Assembly (NCBI GenBank): GCA_964016885.1
Contig: OZ024743.1
Location: 286,874,001-286,938,000, forward strand
DNA from: Eledone cirrhosa
Taxonomy: Eukaryota
Reading direction: 5' to 3'
Length of the DNA: 64,000 nucleotides
Within the stretch, counting starts at the first letter, position 1. Each line of letters starts with the position of its first letter. Positions 39,257 to 52,668 of the stretch are shown in pieces. The notes beneath the pieces are model-generated. The model made no database searches. It was not told the DNA's origin and saw only the letters and a list, made by a program, of their open reading frames with translations. Made by a program: the position numbers and the translations under genes.

Positions 39257-40620
39257 ATATGTATTTGAATTTCATATTTCTAAAGAAATACGGTGTTTAT
39301 AAATAAATATTTAGAAAGCCATAGCTATGAAAAACACATTGGCAGCTAATGCCACCCAGTGGAATCCAGCAGAAGCAAGGGGGACAATCGTCGATGCATT
39401 TCGAACTCAATTGGTTCTCGTCAGGATGATCTCTCCTGTTCTTGTAACTGTTGGACTTTGAAAACAGTCGAAAATATATAATTATTTTCGTCTGGGTAAA
39501 TGAGGTGATTAATCTCATTTGTATATGAAGCTGTATAAGTTGACTCAACTTACAATAGAATAGAATTAGGATTTAGCAGTGTCCAGCATGGCGTTAGCTG
39601 CCAGTGTGCCTTTCATAGCTATGGCTTTCTAAATGTTTATTTATATTCATACTGTATTTCTTTAGAAATACGAAATTCAAATACATATTTGTATACAGCT
39701 ATGTTCGAAGCTAAATCATAATATATAAATATACATGTAGGTAAACAGAAAAAAATACAACAGGCGATGAACTATAATGAAGTTCATTAGTTTAACGCTT
39801 AATATAGTAGGATAAGTTTTAACATTTTGGATGCTAATTCTTCATCACAAAATAGAATGAGAAATTAAAGAAGAATTAGAAAGATAGAGGTAATTTAGCA
39901 AGGGTAGATATGAAATAAATTTTCTTTGAAAAAAAGCAGGTCTGTTCATTTCACTATCTCTTGGAAAAAACAATTATGTATATATATTGTAAATGATCGA
40001 TAAGTTTTTTTAAAGATGGTACAAGGTGGTAGAAAATACAAAGGGCAAATGATGGTAAATGAAAGAAAACAAAACAAAACAAAGAAATGTTTTACCCAGT
40101 GTATTTTGGCATGATATTTCAGGACTAATACCCTCTTTTCAGATGCAGGGCTGAAACAGTCCAAGATAAAACAAATAAACAATCTGAACTTTCTTCTGTA
40201 ACTGTTCCTATGTATTGGAAAAATGTATGTGCATGCACAGGGGTTACTATGGTAACCATTCTGCCACATGCTTTTCTGACCTATTATTTATTTCTGGCTT
40301 TCACCGGCTGATAAAAATGGCTTCCTTAATTCTTAAATTTATTGTATTGCTTTCACTCGCCTCTATGGTGACCTCAATGTCTTGGCTGTGGTATCTGTCA
40401 AGATGTTTATTGACGGAAGAGGCTCTCATTGTTACGTGTTTCTTGATCCATATCTGTAGGCTCCTTGTGATACTTCTAATGTATGAGGAGCTGCATATTT
40501 TGCATGTGATCTTATAAACCACATATGCTCTCATGCACACTTTTGTGTACATATATCGCTGTATGTGTGTTGGTATCTGTGGAGCAGTCCCCTCAATGAG
40601 GATCCCAAATGTGCCAGCCA
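39257..40620 (-). mobile_element. Degenerate PLE (GIY-YIG relic 40301-40560, HHR, inverted repeat 39257-39332/39611-39688)
   Basis: VVYKITCKICSSSYI...SSVNKH...NLRIKEAIFI; linkage of the parts is inferred. Confidence 0.6.
39387..39430 (-). ncRNA. Minimal hammerhead ribozyme
   Basis: atcatc-CTGACGA-gaac caattga gttc-GAAA tgca TC-gacgat; palindromic ATGCAT stem III. Confidence 0.75.
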
Positions 40621-41147
40621 TATATATTCAATCCCTCCCTACGGATGGCTTGTCTACTATATATATATTATATTATTTATTTATGCTCATACATGGAACA
40701 TAAGTGCTTCCAAAGGTTTCAATGCTCAATATTGACCATATCCCCAGATCGTAAAAGGGATCAAAATTATGACCTAATCTTCAGGTGCTTAGCCGAGTTT
40801 GAAGATATCATTAAAAGTATCAACTCTATTTTCCTTTGTCACACCTACAGACATTTTCTACACACACACACACACAAATACATATACATGTACATATCAT
40901 TATCATCATTTAACATACATTTTCCTTTTTTGCATAGGTTAGATGTATTATCACATTATGAAACAAGTCAGGTCAGGTGACCAAGTCAGACTGGCAATTA
41001 CCAGACTAGTAAAACCATTGTTCAGCTAAGTACTCGATACTTCGGAAAGTAGACTGTAATGGCAAGAGCTCAGCTATGGCACTAACTCTTTACAATATAT
41101 GGGAAAAGCGGAAGTAAAATGATGATGGTGATGATGATGATGATGAT

Positions 41148-41185
<38 letters not shown>

Positions 41186-41217
41186 CAGGGAAAATGGACG
41201 CTAGCCGATAGTAATAT

Positions 41218-41282
<65 letters not shown>

Positions 41283-44200
41283 TGTGTGCACATGTACACC
41301 CCACACCCCTCACAATAATGAATGTATGAATAAATAAATGGATAATTAAATGAATCCATGGCAGCCAGTGGTTGGGGTGCTGGTGATGAGAGATTGCAAC
41401 AGTGGGAGGGTAAGAAGTGGTATAGGGCGGGGTGGGGGTAGCTAAATAAATGTCAGTAAGAATTATTGCTGAGAGATAAGATGGATGAAAATAGAATGAA
41501 AATATTTGGAGAGAGTGAGGTGGGTGGGGTAAGGAGAGAAGGAGAGAAGGAGAGAAAAAGAGAGATTGAATGAGAGAAAGAAAGGGAGAGGGGAGGTGGC
41601 ATGGCAGACACAGGAACAAAGGCAACCCATACCCAGAAAAGAGAAACATTGTTAGCAACCATTAGTGGAAAACAAACTTAAGCATTAAAAAAACAACAAC
41701 AAACACACAAATAGGTATACAAAAACACACACAAACATTATTCTCATCTGCTCATATATACACCTTCACACAGAGTAAATGATACACATTTCACTTATAT
41801 TAAGAATATTCCTATAAATTTATTGTCAATTTTCATTTCATTCATAAAAAGGCAAAGGAATGATAACAATAAAAAGCGATTGAGAGCTTTTAATAACCAC
41901 ACATGTTCTCATTGGTTAATATCACCTGCTGATGTGTGGTTATAGCTGTGCACTGATGAAACCCAGGTCAGGGTTGGGGAGAACCATGATTAATCCATTG
42001 ATAAACATTCTATCTAGGAGTTAAGTCACTAAAATTGTTTTATAGCAAGGGTCAAAATACTTTCTTATATGGCATGCATGGCATGGTCCTGTAACTCCTG
42101 AGGGAGTCGTTGGGGCGCCGTATTGACAAACAGCATTTCTAGGGCATTATTTAAACCTGGTGGAGCCCATCTACTCTCCAGGTCTGAATACAGCAGATTT
42201 CTTCCTGAAAAGGAGAGAGAGAGAATCGACCCCAGTACTAGACTGGTACTTTTTTTATTGACCTTGAATGGCTGAAAGGCAAAGTTGACCTCGGTGGGAT
42301 TTGAACTCAGAGAGCAGAGAGTTGGAATGAATACCTCAAAGCATTCTATCGAACATCATAACATCCCAATTCGCCACCTACTTTCTTATACACATATATT
42401 TAATTCATTGATTCATATGCATTGCACAATATTTTGTAATTTTATTCATATGTAATATACTATATATGTTGAGAAACCCCAGTGATCAGGACCTGTGGAA
42501 AAGGCAAACCCAGGAAGTCATGGGGTGAGGTTGTGAAGACCAACCTTAAAAAACTAACCCTCACAAAAGAAATGAAAAAGGACCAACAGCGAAGGCTGGT
42601 GCAATGTTGTGCTGGTGAAGACAGCATATTATGTGGCCTGACATCCCAGTGTCCCTCCCACCTTCCACTAGCACTCCCTAATAGTATACAATGTAACCTT
42701 AATCATCCCAGTGTCCTCTCTTCCTCCTTAGTTGCTTAGCACTTCCTAGCAGCTATCCTCACCATCACTCATTAGTTGCTTCCCCCTCAAAAGTCTCTAG
42801 ATTCCCTCATTATTGCTACTCTAGTAGCCACATTCCATATTGCCCCCCTCCACTATCTCTCCCTAGTAGCTATCCTTACCATTACTGCACCTCCCACTCC
42901 ACTTATGCTCTCTCCTGTATGTATTCATTCCTTTGCTGCTGTACCTCCACCTAAAACCTTTAGGTACTCTCACTATCACACCCTAGTAGCTACTCTCTTC
43001 ACAAATATGCCCCCCCCTATCACTCCTTAGCTATTTTTTCTATCACTACCCCCCCCCCCGGCATTGGTTACTGCCACCCCACCCTAGCATTAATTACCAA
43101 AAATCCACTCCCCCACTCCACCTCTTCAGTGTTCTCATCACTCTGTCAAATCACACCACACTGGCCATAACTTCATACTTATCCCCATCCTAACGTTTCT
43201 CCCCACCCCCAACAGGTGGTTGGCTACCGGGGGGGGGGGGGGGGCATGCCTATAAAAAATACTGAGAGAACCCTTCATTTGTGTCACAATACATAAGCTT
43301 CTCTAGTGTTAGTGATCTACAGGATAAATGCATCCAGTACATGCTGTAATGTGGTTGGTGATAGGAAGGGCATCCAGCCATAGAAAACTTGCCAAATAAA
43401 ATGTCGGGAAGACCCTTCAATAGCACCAATAGCACCATGACAACCTTATATATACAAATTTGAAATGTGTGCATCCAACAGCAAATAACCATATTAATAG
43501 TTGAGAAAATTGGGCAAAGCAACCCAGAAGATGGAAAAGGTGGGCATCCACTATTTTCTGATTTTGGGAGTTACTTTGATTTTTCTCAACTACTATTATC
43601 GTCATTTACTTTAGAATGCACACATCTCAAATTTTCCAAATGCCTCTTAAGCCAACTGCTTATTATATATGATATATATGTATATTTATGTATGGTATGT
43701 ATATGAATTTCTGTATTCATGTAAGTTTTCATATATATATATGTATATATGTATATATGTATATATGGATGTGTGTGTATATATTTTTCGCCAACAAACC
43801 ACGTGTGGACATGGACGGGGGGGGGGGGGGGGAACAAATCACTACATCCCTTAGGGATCGCAGTAAGTACTCCACAAAACATATAAACAATATACACACA
43901 GATTTATATACAGATATATACCATATGCATATACACACACGTGAAAAGAAACCACACTATTTCGGTATGAGACACTATACCGGTCAATCTTACGTATGTA
44001 GTGACCTACATTCCGCGGGCTCACATACATTCTTTGTGCGTGATTTGGCTCAGCTCAGCCAATCAACGCCAGTAGAAGAGGATGTATCCCTACGCGTCCT
44101 GGGGGGAGAAATTCCCCGCGAAGATTTGAAGAATCTTTCTCTCGCACCAGGAACTTCGAACCTGCAACACGTACATGTGACGGTGAGATTTTGCACCTTA

Positions 44201-44396
44201 GCCTGCCGGCTTTCCGGCACAATGACACATTCCCTTTTGTAACCTCATTTTATGTGTAACTTCAACCATACAAGTTAACATACATTATTTGTGCTACAAC
44301 AAAAATAAACATACATTTCATCTCTAATTTCTGCTGTTGACATCATTATTATGTTACTCGTGTCTCAATAACATTTATACACCATGCTGCTAAAAG

Positions 44397-44414
44397 TGGT
44401 GACCCCGACGTGAT
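44397..44414 (+). promoter_or_regulatory. Primer binding site complementary to tRNA-Trp 3' end (mirror at ~47046-47063 -)
   Basis: TGGTGACCCCGACGTGAT is the reverse complement of the metazoan tRNA-Trp 3' end AUCACGUCGGGGUCACCA. Confidence 0.85.
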
Positions 44415-45756
44415 GAATATTTTCAGTTCAAAATATTCCTTTTGAAATGAGATTAAAATTGGCAGTGTATGTATAAACAAATTTACGCCACGAGGAAATT
44501 TCAAAACGGCTACCACCAAGTACCAGCCATCAGCAGCAACACATGACTAACTATTAACCAACACCAGGGAACGGCTTGTAACTTTACCGACGCAACCACC
44601 ATACCTTCTGTCTCGTTACCACAAGGACTCGAGAAATTAAGACATTAGTCTTCTCACCATTATGGCGTCAGACGTGGCTGCCATATTGGTGACTCTAGGT
44701 TCTTCAACGCTCGACTTCGACTCTACAGAAGATTCATTGTGACTTTGCTTTAACAACAACAACTCTACTAGCTCCCTAGTAAGAGCGATCCCAAAGAAAA
44801 GAAAAGCGAACTTTTTGTTAAAAGAAACAATTCTTTCCTTCTTCCTTTTTTTTTCAGGCATTTATTTTTTAAAAACTGTATTATATGGAAATTCATTTTT
44901 TTTCTATCATTGTATACATGACTGCATCATTTTCTTTATCATTGTATATATGACTGCACCCACACATTTATTTGCTGTTTTACATGCCTGCATATGCACA
45001 CATTTCTTTGTCACCTACCAACATGTTGTTCTTAGTATATGTTCTTCAAACGTAATATTCTGAGAGATCCCTTTTCACCTGGTTGAGGTGCCGTCACATG
45101 CTAGCGACTCATAGAGCTTAATTCACCTGGATTAAGACAGGCACCGCAACACGAGAATGCTAATTGCAGCTGAACTCAAACAGTTTCGCATCTCGTTGCA
45201 CACTCATCGTCCATAACAACCTCCATCTTGTTACCTTACCCGACTCACTGGGAAAACAACAAATAGAACTGGACTTGTCAGCATTTCCACCACTTCTGTG
45301 GATTCGCCCGAATTATGGAATTTACACTGCAACCCACCTACAGATTCAACTTGCTCTTTTCTTTTCAAAGCAACTAGCCATTTTTTCCTGACTCCCTAGC
45401 ACATTCGGCAATACACCTGGGAAGCCAACATTTTCTCGCCTACCCATCATCTTCTTGCCAGCACTGGTAAACTACCATAATAGCTTCATCCACAGCTACT
45501 GGTACAACACTTACCATTAACATTTAATGCAAGAACAGCAACTTCGCCCATGTCAGACTTTATCCGTTTTCTGTTAGACCTTTGGTGGTCACGTATAAAC
45601 TACAAAACAGATAGTCATTTGACACAGCGGCTCAACACGGCCCTGAGCGCCTCATTTTGTTTCTTGCATTCATCCTTCTGCTCAATTATTTTTTCACTGA
45701 TGTGCTCTTTCAGCATTTGTTCTTGCTGATTCAATAATCTGTATCGACTTCCGTCT

Positions 45757-45768
45757 AGAAGGGGAGTA
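45757..45768 (+). promoter_or_regulatory. Polypurine tract preceding the 3' LTR start
   Basis: agaaggggagta immediately before tTGTAGTGACC. Confidence 0.75.
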
Positions 45769-47176
45769 TTGTAGTGACCTACATTCCGCGGGCTCACATA
45801 CAAAATGAGGCGCTAAGGGCCGTGTTGAGCCGCTGTGTCAAATGACTAACTGTTTTGTAGTTTATACGTGACCACCAAAGGTCTAACAGAAAACGGATAA
45901 AGTCTGACATGGGCGAAGTTGCTGTTCTTGCATTAAATGTTAATGGTAAGTGTTGTACCAGTAGCTGTGGATGAAGCTATTATGGTAGTTTACCAGTGCT
46001 GGCAAGAAGATGATGGGTAGGCGAGAAAATGTTGGCCTCTCAGGTGTATTGCCGAATGTGCTAGGGAGTCAGGAAAAAATGGCTGGTTGCTTTGAAAAGA
46101 AAAGAGCAAGTTGAATCTGTAGGTGGGTTGCAGTGTAAATTCCATAATTCGGGCGAATCCACAGAAGTGGTGGAAATGCTGACAAGTCCAGTTCTATTTG
46201 TTGTTTTCCCAGTGAGTCGGGTAAGGTAACAAGATGGAGGTTGTTATGGACGATGAGTGTGCAACGAGATGCGAAACTGTTTGAGTTCAGCTGCAATTAG
46301 CATTCTCGTGTTGCGGTGCCTGTCTTAATCCAGGTGAATTAAGCTCTATGAGTCGCTAGTATGTGGCGGCACCTCAACCAGGTGAAAAGAGATCTCTCAG
46401 AATATTACGTTTGAAGAACATATACTAAGAACAACATGTTGGTAGGTGACAAAGAAATGTGTGCATATGCAGGCATGTAAAACAGCAAATAAATGTGTGG
46501 GTGCAGTCATATATACAATGATAAAGAAAATGATGCAGTCATGTATACAATGATAGAAAAAAAATGAATTTCCATATAATACAGTTTTTAAAAAATAAAT
46601 GCCTGAAAAAAAAAGGAAGAAGGAAAGAATTGTTTCTCTTAACAAAAAGTTCACTTTTCTTTTCTTTGGGATCGCTCTTACTAGAGAGCTAGTAGAGTTG
46701 TTGTTGTTAAAGCAAAGTCACAATGAATCTTCTGTAGAGTCGAAGTCGAGCGTTGAAGAACCTAGAATCACCAATATGGCAGCCACGTCTGACGCCATAA
46801 TGGCGAGAAGACTAATGTCTTAATTTCTCGAGTCCTTGTGGTAACGAGACAGAAGGTATGGTGGTTGCGTCGGTAAAGTTACAAGCCGTTCCCTGGTGTT
46901 GGTTAATAGTTAGTCATGTGTTGCTGCTGATGGCTGGTACTTGGTGGTAGCCGTTTTGAAATTTCCTCGTGGCGTAAATTTGTTTATACATACACTGCCA
47001 ATTTTAATTTTATTTCAAAAGGAATATTTTGAACTAAAAATATTCATCACGTCGGGGTCACCAATTTAGCAGCATGGATTATAAATGTTATTGCGACACG
47101 AGTAACATAATAATGACGTCAACAGCATAAATTAGAGATGAAATGTATGTTTATTTTTGTTGTAGCACAAATAATG

Positions 47177-47386
47177 GTTTCTTATATAGGCACAAGGACA
47201 GTAATTTGGGTAAGGGGAAAGTCGATTAAATCGACCCCAGTGCGTGACTGGTACTTTATTTTATCGACCCCATACGGATGAAAGGCAAAGTTAACCTCAG
47301 CGGGATTTGAGCTCAGATCATAAAGAGCCGTAACTCTACGTTGCAAAGCATGGCGTCCGACTCTCTACCGATACTGCCAATCCACC
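47177..47386 (-). mobile_element. Full-length tRNA-derived SINE with 19-bp TSD, inserted in the right LTR
   Basis: TSD tgttgtagcacaaataatg at 47158-47176 and 47387-47405; absent from the left LTR. Confidence 0.9.
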
Positions 47387-48039
47387 TGTTGTAGCACAAA
47401 TAATGTTGGTTAACTTGTATGGTTGAAGTTACACATAAAATGAGGTTACAAAAGGGAATGTGCCATTGTGCCGGAAAGCCGGCAGGCTAAGGTGCAAAAT
47501 CTCACCGTCACATGTTGTACGTGTTGGTGGTTCGAAGTTCCTGGTGCGAGAGAAAGATTCTTCAAATCTTCGTGGGGAATTTCTCCCCCAGAACGCGTAG
47601 GGATACATCCTCTTCCACTGGCGTTGATTGGCTGAGCTGAGCCAAATCACGCACGGAGAATGTATGTGAGCCCGCGGAATGTAGGTCACTACACGTACAT
47701 TGGTAAAATATCTCTGAACATTGACTTCGCTTCTAACCCACATACACCTTTTAATTATATATATATATATACTAGCAGCTGAAAGTTAATAATTTGAAAA
47801 ATATTATTGAAAGTTTATTATAAAGAAGCAGTATCAGGAAAAAAAACGTTATTTTGCTGTTAATAAACAGTTGCCTTCTACAGTACGTTTCATTTAACTT
47901 ACGCAGCATATTTATTTATTTACATGCACAGACTCTTCTGTACACACACAACATTTAGGAAAACGGAAACAAAATACACAAAAAAACAAAACAAAAAACA
48001 CATTTTATTTCTATCGTAATCAAGTGCGCTAAACCTATA

Positions 48040-49295
48040 TTGTTTACATTCTGTGTTTTTCTACGGATGGGTAGAAATAACAAAATTGCCATGGTGATAT
48101 CCATCGATGAAGTATGCGACAAAACTGGTCGATGTTCCAAAATAGAACATTGCCCAGAAAACCACATCTGCCATATTTGTACGGAACCCGAAAACTCGTT
48201 TCGTAATCGCTGGGTCGAATGTGGAACCTGTCACATCTCTGTCTGCCTTCAATGCGCCACAGGCTTCTGGAGGATCCCAGGCCCAAAAAAGAGACATCAT
48301 AATGCTATGATGGATAGAATATGGGAGATGGTCCAGCTAAAATCCTGGTGCTTTCAGTGCCTGGCCTGTGTGCCTGCCTCCACTAATGTTATTGAAAACA
48401 ACAACAACAACAAAAACCGATGACTGTATCTTCCTCTACCATTGTTACTGAACAACGGCAAAAACCTATGACACTGGCTTCTACTGCTATTCCTGTGGGA
48501 GAACATCAGAAACAACAACAACCCATGTCTTCCGCTTCCAGTACATCTCGACACCAACAACCTGCGACTGTGTCTTCCCCTACCATTCCCGTGGAGGAAC
48601 ATCATCATCACCAACAACAACAACAACAACAGCAACAACAGCAACAACAACAACAACAACCGACCAGTACAGATTTTGCAGAATTGCAACTAATGATTTC
48701 TGCTTTAAGAAGGGAAGTAACAGGAATAAAGGCAAGCATTCGGGTAGGACCCCACAATGAGGGGTCTTATCGGAATGCCTTGCTAAAGAATCTCCCTGTA
48801 CCTCTTGCCGTATCTGGCCTCACTGAGAAGACTGCGGAATCTGCTACCCATGAAGTAATTGCCATTGGGGTACCAGAGGACAAGGCTGATCTTCAGGCAT
48901 TTGCTGCCAGCTCAGCCAAAGACCTAGGCTGTGTTCCCCCAAAGATTGCTCTCCGCCTTGGTCGACCTGGTCCAAAACCCAGACTCATCAGGCTGTCTTT
49001 TTCGGACCCCGCTGAGGCAATCTCATACCATCTGGCCTCTGTTAAAGCTGGGCGTGAAAATTGGATTACCTTCCGAACACGCCCAGGCCTACCACCCCAT
49101 GTACATCCAAAGCTCCGTGCTGCAGCTTCCTTGAATCGGAACTCAGCACATGAAAGTTTTAGTCTGCGTCATGATGGGCAGATCTGGAGGTTTGTTAAGG
49201 CTGGTGAAACGTGGAAGAGAGATACCAGCTGGTCTGAGTGTGATCTACCCACAATAACTGGCAATGAAAAAACTGCTACAACTCTGGGAAACTAA
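48040..49295 (+). pseudogene. CR1 ORF1 (PHD-like finger, polyQ, coiled coil), frameshifted at ~48400
   Basis: CHIC...WVECGTC..VCLQC...WCFQC; RLGRPGPKPRLIRLSF. Confidence 0.75.
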
Positions 49296-49351
49296 ACCAG
49301 AACAACCTGCCACCCTCTACACACCATCATAAACTGCGAGCAGGGTACAAA

Positions 49352-52112
49352 TTGTTGTCCTTAAATGCTCGCAGTTTATGCAACAAAATACATCTGTTTG
49401 AATCCTACGTCAGAAGCATCGACCCTGACTTCATCACAGTCACAGAAAGATGGGCACATTCCTTACTCTGTGATGGGGTTTTCAGCATTACTGGGTACAA
49501 CCTTTTCCGCAAGGATCGCATTAATCGCCGTGGTGGTGGTGTGATGGTCTACGTTCGTTCAAACTTTTCGGTAATTCCTTGCATTGATTTGAACGAATCA
49601 CAGGAAGAAGTTTTTTTCTGTGACATACGTATGACCATGTCAACACTTCTGCTTGGTGTTGTTTATCGTCCCCCAAACTACCATCAGGACACACAGCTTT
49701 GCGATATCCTCAGAGTTGCTGCCAAGAAAACAGCCACTTATGTGTTTATTGCAGGTGACTTCAATCATCCTGAGATCGATTGGGAAACCTTTCGTTGGCC
49801 ACAAGGTGCAAACGATTTCCTTGAACTAGTGCTGGACTCAAACTGGTCACAAGTAGTCACCTCTCCAACAAGAGGTGACAACACTTTGGACCTGATCTTC
49901 ACCACTACTCCTGAAGTGGTTATCAGTTGTACTACTGAGGAACCTCTAGGCGACTCTGATCATGCTATGATCATTGCCAATCTGGCACTTGAGGGCAGCA
50001 ACAAAAACCAGAGCCATCTCCAATCTGCTTGCTTTGATTGGAAGAAAGCGGATTGGAACTTGTACTGCACTGAGCTACAGCGCCCAAACTGGCATGAGAT
50101 GTATAACTCTAGAGATGTGAACACTATACTCCAGAGCACCCTGGACTCAATATGGATAGCGTGTGCAGCATCGGTGCCATGTAAACAGAAAAAAACCCAC
50201 CCCAAAAGTGCAATTTGGGAAACTTCAGCGGTCCGACTTGCCAGGAAAGAACGTCGGAACGCTGAACGGGAATATAAACTGCATAAATCAGATGCCAACA
50301 GAAAAAAGTGGAATAAATCTTCTAACCATCTCAAGCAAGTGACAAAGAAGGCAGTGCTTGAATTTGAACAGTGCATAGCAACCAATCCTGACAGTAAGGT
50401 GTTCTGGAAATATGTTCATTCAAAGCAGAGACCTCACTCTCCAGTTGGTCCTCTTCGCAATCCCCACACAAGCCAGATCACTGACGATCCCAAAGAATGC
50501 GCAGAACTCATTGCTGAGTGCTATGCAAGTATTTTTACTGTTGAAAACCAGAATGTACCATCTCCACCATCTCTAACATCAAATTCCATAACAACTATGG
50601 AATTTACACCTGCAATGTTGCGACGTCACCTTAAGAATAAGCGCAACTATGCCTCCCCTGGTCTTGATGGTGTTACATACCTGCTTCTCAAACGTGGCGG
50701 GTATTTCCTTTTGCGCCAGCTTTCTTTCTTCTTTCAATACTGTCTCAACAATGGTGCTACTCCGGAGCAGTGGAAAACTGCCAGTGTCATTCCCCTGTTC
50801 AAAAAGGGCAACCGCATGTCACCTGTCAACTATCGTCCAGTCAGTCTTACTAGCTGTATGGCCAAACTGATGGAATCCTGTGTCAGAGAAACACTTTGGA
50901 ACTTCTGGAGCTCTCACAGCCTCATCCGGCCCTCACAGTTTGGATTTATCCCTAACTCCAGCTGCTGTGATCAGCTTATCGAGTTCCTTGAAGACATCAC
51001 CCGGATCACTGACAGCGGCTCATGGGTGGATGTTGTTTACCTTGACTAAGGCTTTTAATTCTGTGCCACACAAAAGACTTATCGCAAAACTCTCTGCAAT
51101 GGGTGTGAGGGATGATCTTTTCGACTGGTTGAAATCCTTCATTCTCAGCCGAAAAGAAGTAGTCACGGTTCTAGGACAGCATTCTTCACCATATGAGATG
51201 TCATCTGGTGTACCACAGGGATCTGTTCTTGGTCCCCTTTTGTTTGTGGCATATATTAATGACATAGATGCCAACTTACAGAATGCCACGGTACTGAAAT
51301 ATGCAGATGACATCAAGCTGTACCTTGAAATCAAAAGGACTGATCCTGAAATCTACAACTCTTTCCTACAATCAGACCTGGACACAATGCAGCAATGGAT
51401 CACAGACTGGCAACTGAAGCTGGCTGTGGACAAGTGTACCACCATGCATTTTGGGAGGAAAAATCCAGCGTCCACATACTCCCTCCACAACACTGATATC
51501 AAGAAGTCCTCTTGTGAACGTGACCTGGGCATTACTGTCAGCAGCGATTTGCGTTGGACAAAGCATGTCTCTAAGATTGTCAAGAAGGCCGAGGGTGTCT
51601 TGGCATCACTCAGCAAGACCTTTGTTAGCCGCTCTCCAACCATCTATTTAAAACTGTATACAGCTATGGTACGACCACACTTGGAATTCGCATCATCAGT
51701 CTGGAACCCCTATCTTGCTCAGAACATTGACCTCCTGGAAACTGTTCAGAGACGTGCAACCAAGCGCATACCCTCCATCAGACACCTACCATACTCTGAA
51801 CGCCTTGCTTCCCTGGGCATGGATTCATTGAAGCTCCGACGTCTGGCAATGGACTTGGTAAATACCCACAAAGTTATTAACCATCTCGCCAATTGCAACC
51901 CTGAGCACCTTTTTGATCTCCATGTGTCTAACACATGTGGACATGCCTACAAAATCAGAAAACAGCACAGCTCCCATGACTTTCGTAGACATTTTTTCGC
52001 ACTCAGAGTTGCTGAAGCATGGAACAAACTGCCTGCGTCAGTTGTTAGCTGCCGAGACACTGCATCCTTTAAGACACTCATGCTTCCCGAAATACGCCAA
52101 AACTACACCTGA
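49352..52112 (+). pseudogene. CR1 ORF2 (APE endonuclease + RT), single frameshift at ~51045
   Basis: LNARSL, GDFN, LDLIF, SDH; DVVYLD/TKAFNSVPH; SGVPQGSVLGPLLF; YADD; RPHLEFASSVWNP; WNKLP. Confidence 0.92.
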
Positions 52113-52254
52113 TGTACCCCTTCCCTACACATGCACACATGTGTGTATCATGACTTGTGCACTGTTCATTTTCCTGATATTTGTGCATTGCCCTATGTAC
52201 TATACATGCACTTTTTGATGAGTTGTGGTGCACCTGGGCACTGTACACAATATT

Positions 52255-52290
<36 letters not shown>

Positions 52291-52396
52291 CATGTCTCAT
52301 ACACTGTTCATTTTCCTGACATTTGTACATTATTCTATGTACTATACATGCACCTTTGATGAGTTGTAGTGCACCTGAGCACTGTACACAATAATT

Positions 52397-52440
<44 letters not shown>

Positions 52441-52668
52441 GGTCTAAGCGGACGTATTTTGCTCGCTCACAGTAAGTCGCTTTATTTGCCTGTTTAAATT
52501 ATTTGTTGTTAAATATTTCTTGTTGTGTAAGGGATATAAGCCCTTAGACTTTGCCCCGTGAAGGGGAAAGTATAATATTTGGGCCTTTTGGCCCAAATAT
52601 TTCAACTTTTTTTACATGTTAAAAAATTTATGAAGAAAAAAAAACATGGCTGAGCCACGCCCCCCCCA

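Larger units (their letters stand above)
43997..47693. mobile_element. Non-autonomous LTR retroelement arranged as a fold-back (LTR-PBS-internal-PPT-33 nt of LTR, then inverted internal-PBS-LTR)
   Basis: TGTAGTGACC at 43997 and 45770, its reverse complement ending at 47693; PBS; PPT; CGTA direct repeat at 43993-96 and 47694-97. Confidence 0.85.
47950..52440 (+). mobile_element. Near-full-length CR1-group LINE
   Basis: Two ORFs, duplicated 3' UTR, (ATT)n tails; 5' boundary approximate. Confidence 0.9.

Noticed and set aside
41950-41990. CTGATGA-aaccc aggtca gggtt-GGGG hammerhead-like motif
   Set aside because: GAAA core and stem I/III absent
44599-46823. Mirror-image 62-85 aa ORFs in the LTR fold-back interior
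   Set aside because: Appear twice only because of the inversion; no gag/pol motifs beyond a 7-aa remnant
48415-48425. ATGA stop-start overlap suggesting termination-reinitiation in CR1 ORF1
   Set aside because: The upstream (CAA)n reads QQQQKPMT in the downstream frame, matching the ORF's internal repeats, so a simple frameshift mutation explains it
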